Virus record (IMG/VR): IMGVR_UViG_3300028603_000025
Span: 1 to 64,000 of that record
From: a virus
Lineage: Duplodnaviria; Caudoviricetes
Strand: one strand, 5' to 3'
DNA: 64,000 nt
Part shown: in pieces, positions 29,463 through 39,331 of the stretch
Layout of the letters: each line of letters begins with the position of its first letter
How positions within the stretch are numbered: the first letter of the stretch is position 1
Position numbers and translations under genes: made by a program
Notes under the pieces: model-generated
Told to the model about the DNA's origin: nothing
What the model saw: only the letters and a program-made list of their open reading frames with translations
Databases searched by the model: none

Positions 29463-30323
29463 TTGGATATCAAAGAAATTCAGAGTAAAGAATCAGAACT
29501 GAAACCGGGACAGGTTCGAGTGGATGTAGATAAATTGAGATCAGAAGTTAAACTGATGATTGGTACTCCTATGTACGGTGGTGCAAATACGGAGGCTTAT
29601 TTTCGGTCATGTTTAAAACTGAATACTTGGTTTTCTAAATATAATATTCCTCTTGCCTGGTGCACGGTAGCAAATGAAAGTCTCGTCCCCCGTTCTCGAA
29701 ACGTTATAGTTTCGAGTTTCCTCAACTCAGATTATACACACCTCATGTTCATTGATGCTGATATCGGCTTTGAACCTGAATCAGTAATCAAACTTCTCCT
29801 TGCTGATAAGGACGTATGTGGTGGTGCCTATCCTAAAAAAGGACTGAACTGGAAAGCAATCGCGGAGGCAGCAAAGAACGGAGTTCCTCCTGAACAGTTG
29901 CCTTACCACGGGGCTCAGTATGCAATGAACTTTAAATTTGAAGACCCGGTAAAGAAAACTATCAAGTTATCTAACGGCATGACTCAGGTTCGAGACTTGG
30001 CCACCGGTTTCATGATGATTAAACGTCATGTCTTTTATGATATGATTGAAGAATATCCGGAAATCGAGTATAAGAATGACCTTGACCTTGGTAAACGAGA
30101 ATACGACAGATGGTTTGCTTTCTTTGATACAGATATCGAGAAAAACGAAGATGGTTCTTTCGGTCCGTATAACTCAGAGGATTATTTCTTCTGTCGTCAG
30201 TGGCAACGGATGGGCGGTGAAATCTGGCTTGATCCGTTCATCAAGCTGGACCATTTTGGCCATTTCCGGTTTGCAGGTAATCCTGAAGCCATTCTCGGAA
30301 AACCAGAAGCGTATAAGGGTTGA
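29463..30323 (+). CDS. GT-A fold glycosyltransferase-like protein
   Basis: GTPMYGG, NESLVPRSRN, MFIDADI, ATGFMMIKR and SEDYFFC; TTG start after GGAG. Confidence 0.8.
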   Translation: MDIKEIQSKESELKPGQVRVDVDKLRSEVKLMIGTPMYGGANTEAYFRSCLKLNTWFSKYNIPLAWCTVANESLVPRSRNVIVSSFLNSDYTHLMFIDADIGFEPESVIKLLLADKDVCGGAYPKKGLNWKAIAEAAKNGVPPEQLPYHGAQYAMNFKFEDPVKKTIKLSNGMTQVRDLATGFMMIKRHVFYDMIEEYPEIEYKNDLDLGKREYDRWFAFFDTDIEKNEDGSFGPYNSEDYFFCRQWQRMGGEIWLDPFIKLDHFGHFRFAGNPEAILGKPEAYKG

Positions 30324-30348
30324 CATCCCAGTTTAAATTTGTTAAGAT
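30320..30348 (+). promoter_or_regulatory. Sigma70-type promoter TTGACA-N17-TAAGAT with extended TG
   Basis: Hexamers and spacing read directly. Confidence 0.7.
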
Positions 30349-30384
30349 TCATTTCCATTTAAATTTACAGAGGAGTTAAAAAAA

Positions 30385-30627
30385 ATGACCACTATTATCG
30401 GCGCATATCTCGTAATCGCTTTCGTAATCTTCGTGGCTGTCTTGATCGTTAATCGCGAATCCTTGATGGCTGAAATAACAAAGTCGTTACTCGAGGAAAC
30501 TAGAGTAACGACTTTGTTATATGCCGTTATTACAGCATTCGGATTCCCGTATGCTTACCGTCAGTTGTTTGCTGTCATTACTGAAAACGGAAACGTCTTG
30601 TTCGATAAATGGACTAAAAAACAGTAA
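30385..30627 (+). CDS. Small membrane protein
   Basis: AGGAG RBS; hydrophobic N-terminus; flanked by its own promoter and terminator. Confidence 0.7.
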   Translation: MTTIIGAYLVIAFVIFVAVLIVNRESLMAEITKSLLEETRVTTLLYAVITAFGFPYAYRQLFAVITENGNVLFDKWTKKQ

Positions 30628-30651
30628 GCCGTTGTTTCCTTTGTGTTTATT

Positions 30652-30674
30652 CCGGGCTTCGGCCCGGTCTTTTT
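30652..30674 (+). terminator. Rho-independent terminator with cUUCGg tetraloop
   Basis: ccgggc-TTCG-gcccgg followed by tcttttt. Confidence 0.85.
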
Positions 30675-30692
30675 ATCAGAGTGGAGGTCGAT

Positions 30693-32102
30693 ATGCAAAT
30701 AACTAAAGAAATGCTATCAGACGAACAGTCTCTTGCCTTGAAGAAGATAGGTGAATTACTGTTCGGGGATGTCGCCAAACCAGTATTCCTTACAGCGGGG
30801 GCTGGTTTTGGTAAAAGTAGTATCGTTGGAATATTCCTTCAGGATTGTTTCGATTCTGGTTTCGTGCCAATTCTTACGGCCCCGACCCATGTAGCCAAAG
30901 ACAGGCTTGAGGGACTCCATCCTGAGTGTGCTCCTATTACTATTCAGTCTTTCCTTTCGTACTCTGTGATAAGCCATAACTACGCAAAGTCCGAATTCGG
31001 GTTTACAGGAAAGAATACCGAGGCTTCGCAGTTTGATGTCAACAAGAACGTTCTTATCGTGGACGAAGTGTCCATGCTTACCGACGAATTCATTAACGAA
31101 ATCCTTCGTAAGACGAAAGGAAGAGTCCTTTTTGTAGGAGACATCGCTCAGATTCCCCCGGTAATTTCTGGAGATTTTGACCGAACAAAAATCCTGACCG
31201 AGGAAGAGAGTACTCCGGGAGTAATCAGGAAGGTCGAAAACGTGATTGAGCTGACAACGCCGTTCAGACAGTCAGCTAATTCGTCCCTATATCATGTCTG
31301 TTCCATGCTTCGAGAATCCATCTTTACCGGAGAATGTATCGATTATTACCATAATCCGGTAAAGATGATGAAGAAAATTGATGAAATAATTAATGATATC
31401 GGGGATAAATCAGTATTTACGAACATCAAGACAGAACAGATTAAGCCGTTCCTGGTTAAATATTCTGGCTCAGTATTCATCGCTTATGGGAATCCGACAG
31501 TTGATGCTGTTCAAAGAGTCCTTCCAGAATGGTACAGGGTGGGAGGTAGAGCCATGACTAACGGATGCATCATGAATCTGTCTCGTAATAACGGTAAGAT
31601 GAAAGGAGAAATAGTAATCGGAAACAATACAGACGTAGAGATTAAAGAACTTGAAAAGAGAGCCTTGACCAAATGGGACATCGATTTCGATTCAATTTCA
31701 ATAGACGGAGTTCAGGCTTTTGTTCCGTCTATTTCAGAAGAGTTTGATAAGAAACTTGATGAGTTGCGCGCTTCCGCAAAGATAAACGAGAAGAACCGAG
31801 GAAAATCGACTTTTGATGAAGATAAACAGTTAAGTAACTGGTCCTTGTCTGCCTTCATGAGTAAAGTAGTTGTTTTGAGGGATGCGCGAGTATCTACGGT
31901 TCATCGTGCACAGGGTCTGCAATGGGACCGTTCCATCGTTGCTATGAATAATATTCTTTTCTCGGGAAAGAATATGAATCCAGACAGAGATAGTAAGGAT
32001 ATCTTCCGGAAGATAGTGGCCATGAAAATGCTGTACACCGCTATATCTCGACCCAAGAAAACCCTTGTGATTAATCGTCATTTTGATAAGAGGAGAGTAT
32101 AA
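30693..32102 (+). CDS. dda: SF1B DNA helicase, Dda/RecD-like
   Basis: Walker A AGAGFGKS, IVDEVSM, VGDIAQIPPV, FRQ, STVHRAQG and YTAISR. Confidence 0.8.
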   Translation: MQITKEMLSDEQSLALKKIGELLFGDVAKPVFLTAGAGFGKSSIVGIFLQDCFDSGFVPILTAPTHVAKDRLEGLHPECAPITIQSFLSYSVISHNYAKSEFGFTGKNTEASQFDVNKNVLIVDEVSMLTDEFINEILRKTKGRVLFVGDIAQIPPVISGDFDRTKILTEEESTPGVIRKVENVIELTTPFRQSANSSLYHVCSMLRESIFTGECIDYYHNPVKMMKKIDEIINDIGDKSVFTNIKTEQIKPFLVKYSGSVFIAYGNPTVDAVQRVLPEWYRVGGRAMTNGCIMNLSRNNGKMKGEIVIGNNTDVEIKELEKRALTKWDIDFDSISIDGVQAFVPSISEEFDKKLDELRASAKINEKNRGKSTFDEDKQLSNWSLSAFMSKVVVLRDARVSTVHRAQGLQWDRSIVAMNNILFSGKNMNPDRDSKDIFRKIVAMKMLYTAISRPKKTLVINRHFDKRRV

Positions 32103-32546
32103 ATGTGCTTAACTTTCAAAGACTTAAAATCAAGCTGGAAAATTGATTCGATTATCGATGATCTGAATATTCAACAGGCAGTGTTTGATACTCCGAGGCT
32201 CCATTCCCGATATCTTGGATATCTGATTGATGCTAAGCGAGAACTGAAACAGGCCGCCAACGATTGCATAACTCTTCGTCGGGAACTTATCAAGTATTAT
32301 AATGGTCAAATGGAAAAGGCAGAGTTGGAAGAAAGGAAATGGAATCAGTATCAGGGAAAGAAGCCTCTGAAAGGAGAACTGGAAACCCTGATTCAGGGAC
32401 ATCCCGATTACATTTCATTGGAAGACCGGTTGTCTGAACTGGAAATCGTAATTGAATCGCTGGAGAGTATCATGAAGATGATATACCAGCGTTCGTACGA
32501 TATAAAGAACATAATTCAAGCAAGGATATTTGAATCAGGTGCATGA
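32103..32546 (+). CDS. uvsY: Recombination mediator UvsY
   Basis: WKIDSIID, PRLHSRYL, YYNG and RSYDIKN; adjacent to uvsW. Confidence 0.9.
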   Translation: MCLTFKDLKSSWKIDSIIDDLNIQQAVFDTPRLHSRYLGYLIDAKRELKQAANDCITLRRELIKYYNGQMEKAELEERKWNQYQGKKPLKGELETLIQGHPDYISLEDRLSELEIVIESLESIMKMIYQRSYDIKNIIQARIFESGA

Positions 32547-34032
32547 AGTAAAGATAGTTAAAGTAAACGAAGTATTCATGCAGGTGGTTACCGAAGACCA
32601 AGGGTTGCTCCGCGAGATTCGGGAGAGGTTCTCGTATAAGATAGAGAATGCTAAGTACAATCCCTTGGTAAAGGCAAAGAAGTGGGACGGAATCATCCGT
32701 TTGTTCAGGATGGACCAGACTCTCTACGTCGGCCTATTGCCTGAACTTATAATGCTTCTAAAACGCAACAGGAAGACGTATACACTTGAAATAGATTCAG
32801 AGAAGGTTGAGATACCTTCTGAAGAAATAGACGCTTATATTAACGATCTAAGCCTTTATGGAGGCTCTTCTGATATAAAGGCATATGATTATCAGATTAC
32901 CGCTTTACATACTGCGATACGGAATAAACGCGCGGTAATGAAGGCTTCTACATCTGCGGGCAAGTCGTTAATTTTATTCCTTTTTATCAGATGGCTTCTG
33001 GAGCACGAACCAGAACGTCAAATTCTTCTGGTGGTCCCTAACGTTCAGTTAGTCTACCAGTTATTCAAAGACTTCCAGACCTACGCAACAAAAGACCCTG
33101 AATTTGATCCCGGAGAGTTCGTTCAGATTATGCATGACGACTCGGAAAAGGTCATCGTGAAGCCTGTGGTAATCGTCAACGTTCAGGCAATCATGAAGCA
33201 GCCTAAAGGATGGTTCCTTCCGTTCAATGCAGTTGTCCATGATGAAGTTCATAGAGCAAAAGCAAAGACGTTCAAGGACGTTCTGGAAAGCTGCGTCAAC
33301 TGTGATAGACGATTAGGTGTTACTGGAACCCTGGATGGAATAGAACTACATGAGCTAACTATCAGGGGCCTAGTCGGAAAGGTATATGATATCGTTTCTA
33401 CTCGAGAGATAATCGATTCTGGTCGTGCTACTGAACTCTTGGTAAAGATGATTCTCTGTAAGCACCCGAAAGAAGATATTCCTCGTCTTCGAGAAAAGGA
33501 TTATATGCAGGAACGAGAGTTCATCGCGACTTCTCCGGCACGACGTGAAATGATGTATAGCCTGATTAAGTCATTGCGAGGAAACACTCTGGTTATCTAT
33601 GACCTGGTAGAAAAGCATCTTACTCCTATGATGACCGAGTACCGGAAACGTAATCCGAAACAAAACGTATTCGTGGTTAACGGAGCAACTCCGATAGAAG
33701 AGCGGGAGAGGATTCGGGAAATACTTGAATCATCCGACGATAACGTATTATTCTGTTCATACGGAACGTTCAGCACCGGAGTAAACGTAAAGAATCTTAA
33801 GAACTTAGTCATGGCCATGGGGTCAAAGAGTGTTGTCCGTGTGAAACAGACCTTGGGAAGAATGCTTCGAACTCATTTCTCAAAGGATGTTGCTCATGTA
33901 TATGATATAGTCGATGACCTTCGGGCCGGGACAAAAGGAAGACCGAATTATGCTTTCTTACACGGAAAGAAAAGACGGGAGTATTACAAAGAAGACGGTT
34001 ACAAAATCATTTACAAGGAGATTAAGTTTTGA
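32530..34032 (+). CDS. uvsW: SF2 helicase UvsW
   Basis: WDGIIRLF, TSAGKS, DEVH, TGT, FSTGVN and QTLGRMLR. Confidence 0.93.
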   Translation: MNQVHEVKIVKVNEVFMQVVTEDQGLLREIRERFSYKIENAKYNPLVKAKKWDGIIRLFRMDQTLYVGLLPELIMLLKRNRKTYTLEIDSEKVEIPSEEIDAYINDLSLYGGSSDIKAYDYQITALHTAIRNKRAVMKASTSAGKSLILFLFIRWLLEHEPERQILLVVPNVQLVYQLFKDFQTYATKDPEFDPGEFVQIMHDDSEKVIVKPVVIVNVQAIMKQPKGWFLPFNAVVHDEVHRAKAKTFKDVLESCVNCDRRLGVTGTLDGIELHELTIRGLVGKVYDIVSTREIIDSGRATELLVKMILCKHPKEDIPRLREKDYMQEREFIATSPARREMMYSLIKSLRGNTLVIYDLVEKHLTPMMTEYRKRNPKQNVFVVNGATPIEERERIREILESSDDNVLFCSYGTFSTGVNVKNLKNLVMAMGSKSVVRVKQTLGRMLRTHFSKDVAHVYDIVDDLRAGTKGRPNYAFLHGKKRREYYKEDGYKIIYKEIKF

Positions 34033-34511
34033 TGGAAGATTTAGAACAAGAAATGGAAATCGTCGGAGATTACGTTGAGATTTTTCGGCTGATTTCGGGC
34101 CAGGTAATCGTCGCAAGGTTAGAAAGTCCCCTAGTGGATATCATCGAATCAGGTTGTGAGTCATTCATTGCTCACGACCCCACCGAACTGACCTTCGAAC
34201 CGATGATGGACGAGACTGGGGAAATCGTGGATACGGAGATGTTCTTCTCCGATTATCTTGGAGAATTTGATGCTGATTCCGCCATGATTAAGACGGTCCA
34301 TGTCATGATTAATTCAAACGGACCAAGTAAGTATATCGAGGATTCATACCTTGATTACCTTGACACTCTGTATAAGAAGCGGGAAGAAAGGCGGGAACGG
34401 GATGCTATGTTGACGACAGAGCCTACCGTTTATTCAGAAACCAATCGCGAGTTGTATGAAGAAATTTTACGAGCATTAGATAATGAAGACAAGTCACATA
34501 ACATTCATTAA
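34029..34511 (+). CDS. Conserved T4-like hypothetical protein between uvsW and gp55 (Sm-like fold possible)
   Basis: FRLISGQVIVA N-terminus and syntenic position. Confidence 0.55.
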   Translation: MMEDLEQEMEIVGDYVEIFRLISGQVIVARLESPLVDIIESGCESFIAHDPTELTFEPMMDETGEIVDTEMFFSDYLGEFDADSAMIKTVHVMINSNGPSKYIEDSYLDYLDTLYKKREERRERDAMLTTEPTVYSETNRELYEEILRALDNEDKSHNIH

Positions 34512-34514
34512 CTT

Positions 34515-34976
34515 ATGCAATCAAAGAAGAAGATTTATCGCCATAACTACATAAGCAATTCTCAGTTTTACGATGCCTGTGCCGAATATATCTATGAAAT
34601 GCGTATCTGTCGGGAAGCAGGATTACCTGACCCGAGAATATCCGAGTATATCGGTAAATGTTTCCTTGACATTGCGACGCATATGGCGTATCGTCACAAC
34701 TTCCGCGAATATTCTTGGGTGGATGAGATGATAGGGGATTCGGTTCTGAACTGTATTCAGGCCCTCCCGTCTTTCAAGCCCGAGGTAGCAAAACGGAATG
34801 CCTTTGGTTACTTCAGTTTGATTATCTTCCGGGCTTTTGTTCGGAGAATAAAGACCGAGAATCTGAAGACGAAAACAAGGTTACAAATATGCGAGTTTCT
34901 GGATATAGATTTGGAAGACGAAAATTCCTTCTATAAATCAGATACTTATTTGGATTTAAATGACGAACTTGAATAG
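34515..34976 (+). CDS. gp55: Late transcription sigma factor gp55
   Basis: NYISN, YIGKCFLDIA, NFREYS...EMIGD and NAFGYFS...AFVRRI. Confidence 0.93.
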   Translation: MQSKKKIYRHNYISNSQFYDACAEYIYEMRICREAGLPDPRISEYIGKCFLDIATHMAYRHNFREYSWVDEMIGDSVLNCIQALPSFKPEVAKRNAFGYFSLIIFRAFVRRIKTENLKTKTRLQICEFLDIDLEDENSFYKSDTYLDLNDELE

Positions 34977-34985
34977 GAGAAAAAG

Positions 34986-35169
34986 ATGTTCTGGTTACTA
35001 ATGAGTATTCTGATTGCATTGAATATCTATTACCGACCCCGGTAATATGGAATGCGACGGAAATTCATGGGCAGGTCTGATATTTTCAGGCGTGGTCATG
35101 CTGAGTATAATTGGAGTCATCGTTGCGGTGACGTATAGAATAATCAAAGATTTTGTAAAGGAGGATTAA
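34986..35169 (+). other. Two tiny hydrophobic ORFs (34986-35045, 19 aa; 35047-35169, 40 aa) or one frameshifted membrane gene
   Basis: AGGAG RBS before the first ATG; both peptides are hydrophobic; not in the ORF track. Confidence 0.4.
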
Positions 35170-35427
35170 GTGAATATTTTTTCAGAAGATTTAGTAAAAC
35201 GGATTCGTGGGGGTTTCGTCGAATATTCGGAATCGTGTATTCGTACCGAAGCGGAAAAAGACCTTCAGAAAGAAATCATCGCGAAACTTTCTGAAGAGAC
35301 CATGATTGATAAGGCTATCCTGAAGAAGCTTGTTGCCATGTATCATAAACAGAACGGGGAGCAAGAAAAAGAGGCTTTCGACGAGATTTATCATATGTAC
35401 GAGTCGATTCGAGGCTATCGAGGCTAA
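35170..35427 (+). CDS. T4 DsbA-like double-stranded DNA-binding protein
   Basis: EAEKDLQKEII...KKLVAMYHKQN...YE pattern and size. Confidence 0.7.
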   Translation: MNIFSEDLVKRIRGGFVEYSESCIRTEAEKDLQKEIIAKLSEETMIDKAILKKLVAMYHKQNGEQEKEAFDEIYHMYESIRGYRG

Positions 35428-35429
35428 TC

Positions 35430-36212
35430 ATGGATATCGTGACCGCGTTTACCGATATAGGAAGAGGAACTTGGAGTCATAATCCTTGGGGCGTACCGGT
35501 CCAGTCGTACATTCCTCGAACTGTTGATACTTACATCGAGCGGTTCGAGAGAATGGCGAGCCTGAAGAATCATATCACATGCTTCGTGGATTCGGACCTC
35601 TTGTTAAGACTTCCAAAGAACAGTAATATCGAATATCATGATATACGGGAAGTTACCGGACACGAATGGAACGTCGCGGTTCTGGATAAGATAAAGGGAG
35701 TTCATTCTTCGGACTGGTGGATTAGTCGTTTCCGTAACGATGCTTCTCCTGAACGATGGAACTCTGATTATGTGTTCATCAACTGGATGAAGTCTCAGTT
35801 CTTGATAAAGGTGTTCCGGGATAAATACTGTCTAGAAACTACCTTTGCTTGGCTTGATTTCGGATACTTCCGGACCGAACCAAAAACTGACTTCCTGACT
35901 TATCAGATTCCAGAAGGAAAGGAGCTGGTATTTTTCTCTAACGGAAAGACGAAACATGAAATAAACGAAGTCTCTCCGATTGATGCGGTCATGTCAGGAG
36001 AAGTATTCATTCAGGGATGTCATGTAATCGGTACATCAGTAGGCTTCAGGTCATTGGGAGTTGCATCTTATGATTATCTTGATACTCTTGTTAATATCGG
36101 ACTGATTGATGATGACCAGACCATGCTTCTGATGGCCTATAAAGGATTGCATGAAATGATTCATCTTCAGTATAATTCATCAACTAACTGGTTTGGGGTG
36201 TTTGCGAAATGA
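35430..36212 (+). CDS. HtrL/YibB (WlaTC-like) glycosyltransferase-family protein
   Basis: IVTAFTDIGR, AWLDFGY and IDDDQT. Confidence 0.8.
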   Translation: MDIVTAFTDIGRGTWSHNPWGVPVQSYIPRTVDTYIERFERMASLKNHITCFVDSDLLLRLPKNSNIEYHDIREVTGHEWNVAVLDKIKGVHSSDWWISRFRNDASPERWNSDYVFINWMKSQFLIKVFRDKYCLETTFAWLDFGYFRTEPKTDFLTYQIPEGKELVFFSNGKTKHEINEVSPIDAVMSGEVFIQGCHVIGTSVGFRSLGVASYDYLDTLVNIGLIDDDQTMLLMAYKGLHEMIHLQYNSSTNWFGVFAK

Positions 36213-36931
36213 AACTATTTTTACCACATTCCGGGAATCTGGGAGATACATCAGCTATTCTTCCTTCGATTTCCGGTCATTACAAAGATACCGGAAGAAA
36301 GATAACTCTTATCCTACGGGAGAAGATGCGTCAGTTCGTTGGTTTACAGGAACTGTATGAGGCTCAGCCCGGAATCAAGAAGGTATATTTTGAGACCGAC
36401 GGCATTGAGCCGAATATATCGATATGCCTTTCAAACGAATTTGTTCACATAGACCATCGTCCTGTAGAGACTAATCGTTATGCTATCAACTTTTCCCGGA
36501 TATTTAATACGAGCTGTGACGATGATTTTGAGTTGGTTATTCCTGAGAAATATCGTGGTCTGAAATTTCCGGAAACCGAAGACAAGCAAATTGCGTGCGA
36601 CAGAGTCGAATTTGGAAGCTGTGATAAAAGGCGTAAGTTTAATATCCTTAATGAGTTCAAAGACGAACTCTTTTTCATTGACGTAGCAAAACCTCTGGGA
36701 TATAATCTTGCCTTGATTAAAGATTCTCCTGATTATATTCTAGGGACGTTTACCGGTATAGCAGTTTTGGTCGATCTGATGTGGAAAGAACAGATTCTGA
36801 TTTACCCGAACGACTTGATACACTGGGACGGATCAAAGTCTAAGCAAGAACTGTTTGAACGTCATTTCTATACGAATCGGAGAAGCGAATGGATGATAAT
36901 GGAGGATTATCTACGTGAAATTAAGCAGTAG
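36209..36931 (+). CDS. Putative glycosyltransferase (GT-B/GT9-like N-terminus)
   Basis: HSGNLGD N-terminus and GTFTG; coupled to the HtrL-like gene. Confidence 0.4.
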   Translation: MKLFLPHSGNLGDTSAILPSISGHYKDTGRKITLILREKMRQFVGLQELYEAQPGIKKVYFETDGIEPNISICLSNEFVHIDHRPVETNRYAINFSRIFNTSCDDDFELVIPEKYRGLKFPETEDKQIACDRVEFGSCDKRRKFNILNEFKDELFFIDVAKPLGYNLALIKDSPDYILGTFTGIAVLVDLMWKEQILIYPNDLIHWDGSKSKQELFERHFYTNRRSEWMIMEDYLREIKQ

Positions 36932-37592
36932 GACAAAATCAATTCTCAAGAGCTTTTCGGGAATAAATCAGTCGATTGTTATCATGCCTGGTAATACGAT
37001 AACGACTCAGGATGAAGCCGGGATTCTTTACGGAATGGCACAGGTAGAAGAATCATTTGAGCATGAAATGAGGATATACCAGCTCCCGACCCTTCTTAAC
37101 ATGATGGATTCGTTAGAAGACGTCGATCTGGATATTGGGGACATGGACGTGACGGTTCATGGTTCTCGAGGAAAGTACCGGTATCAATACTGCGCCCCAA
37201 ACATACTCAAATACAGGTCTCCTTGGAACAAAGAAGATATCGTTGAGGAACAGATATTTACGTGTGATTTCCTGTCAGAGGACTTTCGTGCCCTGACCAA
37301 GGCTTCTTCTATTACTGGGATAAACCAGATATGTATCTATACCAAGGACGGGGACGTTCTGTTATCTCTACATGATAAGAAGGCAGAAGGTAATTCGTTC
37401 AAGACTGTTCTTGGAAAGTCCGATGATGAGTTTTGCGTCTGGGCGAAAACTGATAATTTGAAATTGCTCCCAGATGATTATAAAATGAGTGTTAATAGGC
37501 GAGAAGGCAAGACCAGAATCGTTTCGTTCCTTTCTTTTTCCGGAGATAATTTGGATTATCTCTTGTCGTGTGACCCATCATCAAAGGTATAG
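36915..37592 (+). CDS. gp45: Sliding clamp gp45
   Basis: MKLSSRTKSILKSFSGINQSI and NLKLLPDDY. Confidence 0.92.
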   Translation: MKLSSRTKSILKSFSGINQSIVIMPGNTITTQDEAGILYGMAQVEESFEHEMRIYQLPTLLNMMDSLEDVDLDIGDMDVTVHGSRGKYRYQYCAPNILKYRSPWNKEDIVEEQIFTCDFLSEDFRALTKASSITGINQICIYTKDGDVLLSLHDKKAEGNSFKTVLGKSDDEFCVWAKTDNLKLLPDDYKMSVNRREGKTRIVSFLSFSGDNLDYLLSCDPSSKV

Positions 37593-37594
37593 AG

Positions 37595-38512
37595 ATGATT
37601 TTAAACGAGAAATACAGACCATCCAGCATCGAAGAATGTATTCTGCCTAAGTATATCAAAGACGGATTCAGTTCGATGGTAAAGAAAGGTGAAATGCAGC
37701 ACTTGTTGTTATCTGGTGATAAGGGAATGGGAAAGACGTCCGTGGCTATAGCGTTATGTAATGACCTTGATTCAGAGTATCTTCTGATTAATGCATCGTT
37801 ACATAACGGTATAGATACGTTAAGAACAACTATTCTTGATTTTGCTTCGACCATGTCTATGGACGGCAACATGAAGACTATTATCATGGACGAGGCAGAT
37901 AGATTATCGGCGTCTGCTCAGGACGGCCTTAGGGGATTCATTGAGGAATTTTCTTCAAACTGTAAGTTCATCATGACCGCTAACTTCCCGAACCGTATAT
38001 CATCCCCTCTTCGGGAATCGAGGCTGATTGAGATAGAATTCAAGATTTCCGAAGAAGAGAGAGTTGATATACAGAAACAGATGTTTGTTCGATGTATGGA
38101 CATTCTGGGGAAAGAAGGAATATCCTTTAAGAAAGATATACTTGCTACTCTGATTAAACGTTATTATCCTGATATGCGTAGGATAATCAATACGATGCAA
38201 TATCATTCTCGTTCAGGAGTCTTGGAAATTACTTCTTTAAGTGATTCTGATGAAGAACAGGTTGCGTATATCAAGAGGGTAATCAAGTCGAACGATTTTG
38301 TCCGAATTCGAGAATGGGCAAACGATAACTCAAAAGCTGACCATAGTATTTTATTACAGAACATCTATTCAGTGGCAGGCGAGATATTTAACGGACAGGC
38401 TTTATCCGCAAGTATAGTGATGATATCAGACTATCAGGATAAGCTATATAGAGCAGTTAACCCTGAGATTACTCTTTCTGCGTTAATGGTTGAACTAGGA
38501 CAGTTGACATAA
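37595..38512 (+). CDS. gp44: Clamp loader AAA+ subunit gp44
   Basis: EKYRP, GMGKT, MDEAD and LRGFIEEFS. Confidence 0.95.
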   Translation: MILNEKYRPSSIEECILPKYIKDGFSSMVKKGEMQHLLLSGDKGMGKTSVAIALCNDLDSEYLLINASLHNGIDTLRTTILDFASTMSMDGNMKTIIMDEADRLSASAQDGLRGFIEEFSSNCKFIMTANFPNRISSPLRESRLIEIEFKISEEERVDIQKQMFVRCMDILGKEGISFKKDILATLIKRYYPDMRRIINTMQYHSRSGVLEITSLSDSDEEQVAYIKRVIKSNDFVRIREWANDNSKADHSILLQNIYSVAGEIFNGQALSASIVMISDYQDKLYRAVNPEITLSALMVELGQLT

Positions 38513-38514
38513 TC

Positions 38515-38898
38515 ATGGGACCGTTTGATGTAATCGATTCGTTAAGGAAAGGAGAGGAATGGAAGCCCGAATTCAAAGCCGCATATTCTCCGTTCCTGAC
38601 AAATAAATACTTCAGTAATGATAAAAAATACTTGTTTGTTTCGTCGATAGCAGATACAATTGTCGATTCTGAGATGAACTATAAGTTTTGGCTTGGGTTA
38701 GTTGATAAGAAGTCAAGACGTGTTCCTTGGATAAAGAACAAAAAAGAGTCAGAAGAGCTGTTGAGTATTTCTGAATACTATAAAGTAAGTCTGTTAAAGG
38801 CTAAAGAGTATTCAAAATTGTTGAGTAACGAAGATAAGTTGTTGATTTTAAATATAATTAAGGAGAAGGAAAATGAGTCTGGAACAGTTTTTTTATGA
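38515..38898 (+). CDS. gp62: Clamp loader small subunit gp62
   Basis: YSPFLTN and EYYKVSLLKAKEY; position between gp44 and regA. Confidence 0.85.
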   Translation: MGPFDVIDSLRKGEEWKPEFKAAYSPFLTNKYFSNDKKYLFVSSIADTIVDSEMNYKFWLGLVDKKSRRVPWIKNKKESEELLSISEYYKVSLLKAKEYSKLLSNEDKLLILNIIKEKENESGTVFL

Positions 38899-39331
38899 TG
38901 ACCTGGAATTGCCCGATGATTACCATTCGATTGAAGTTGAAATTGATACGAACTCGTTCCTGAAGGTGAGGGAAACGCTGCAACGTGTCGGATTGGCTTC
39001 GCGGTCAAGAGATGACCAAGGACGTAAAACGTTATGGCAAAGCTGCCATGTTCTACACAAACAAGGCAAATATTACATCGTCCATTTCAAAGAGCTGTTT
39101 CTGTTAGATGGGCATCGCGCTGACTTGACTCAGGACGATTTAGTCCGTCGTAATATGATTGCCGAATTGCTCGAGAAATGGGGACTGTTGAAAATTATCG
39201 ATAAAGAAGTCACCTACGAAAACCAAGTGTTTCTGAAAGTGATTCCATTCCGGGATAAATCAAACTGGAATTTCCAGAAGAAATATACACTTCGTTCAGA
39301 TAAGAAATACGAGGCTTCCCAACGTGCTTGA
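38873..39331 (+). CDS. regA: Translational repressor RegA
   Basis: FLKVRETLQRVG and LWQSCHVLHKQGKYYIVHFKELF. Confidence 0.95.
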   Translation: MSLEQFFYDDLELPDDYHSIEVEIDTNSFLKVRETLQRVGLASRSRDDQGRKTLWQSCHVLHKQGKYYIVHFKELFLLDGHRADLTQDDLVRRNMIAELLEKWGLLKIIDKEVTYENQVFLKVIPFRDKSNWNFQKKYTLRSDKKYEASQRA

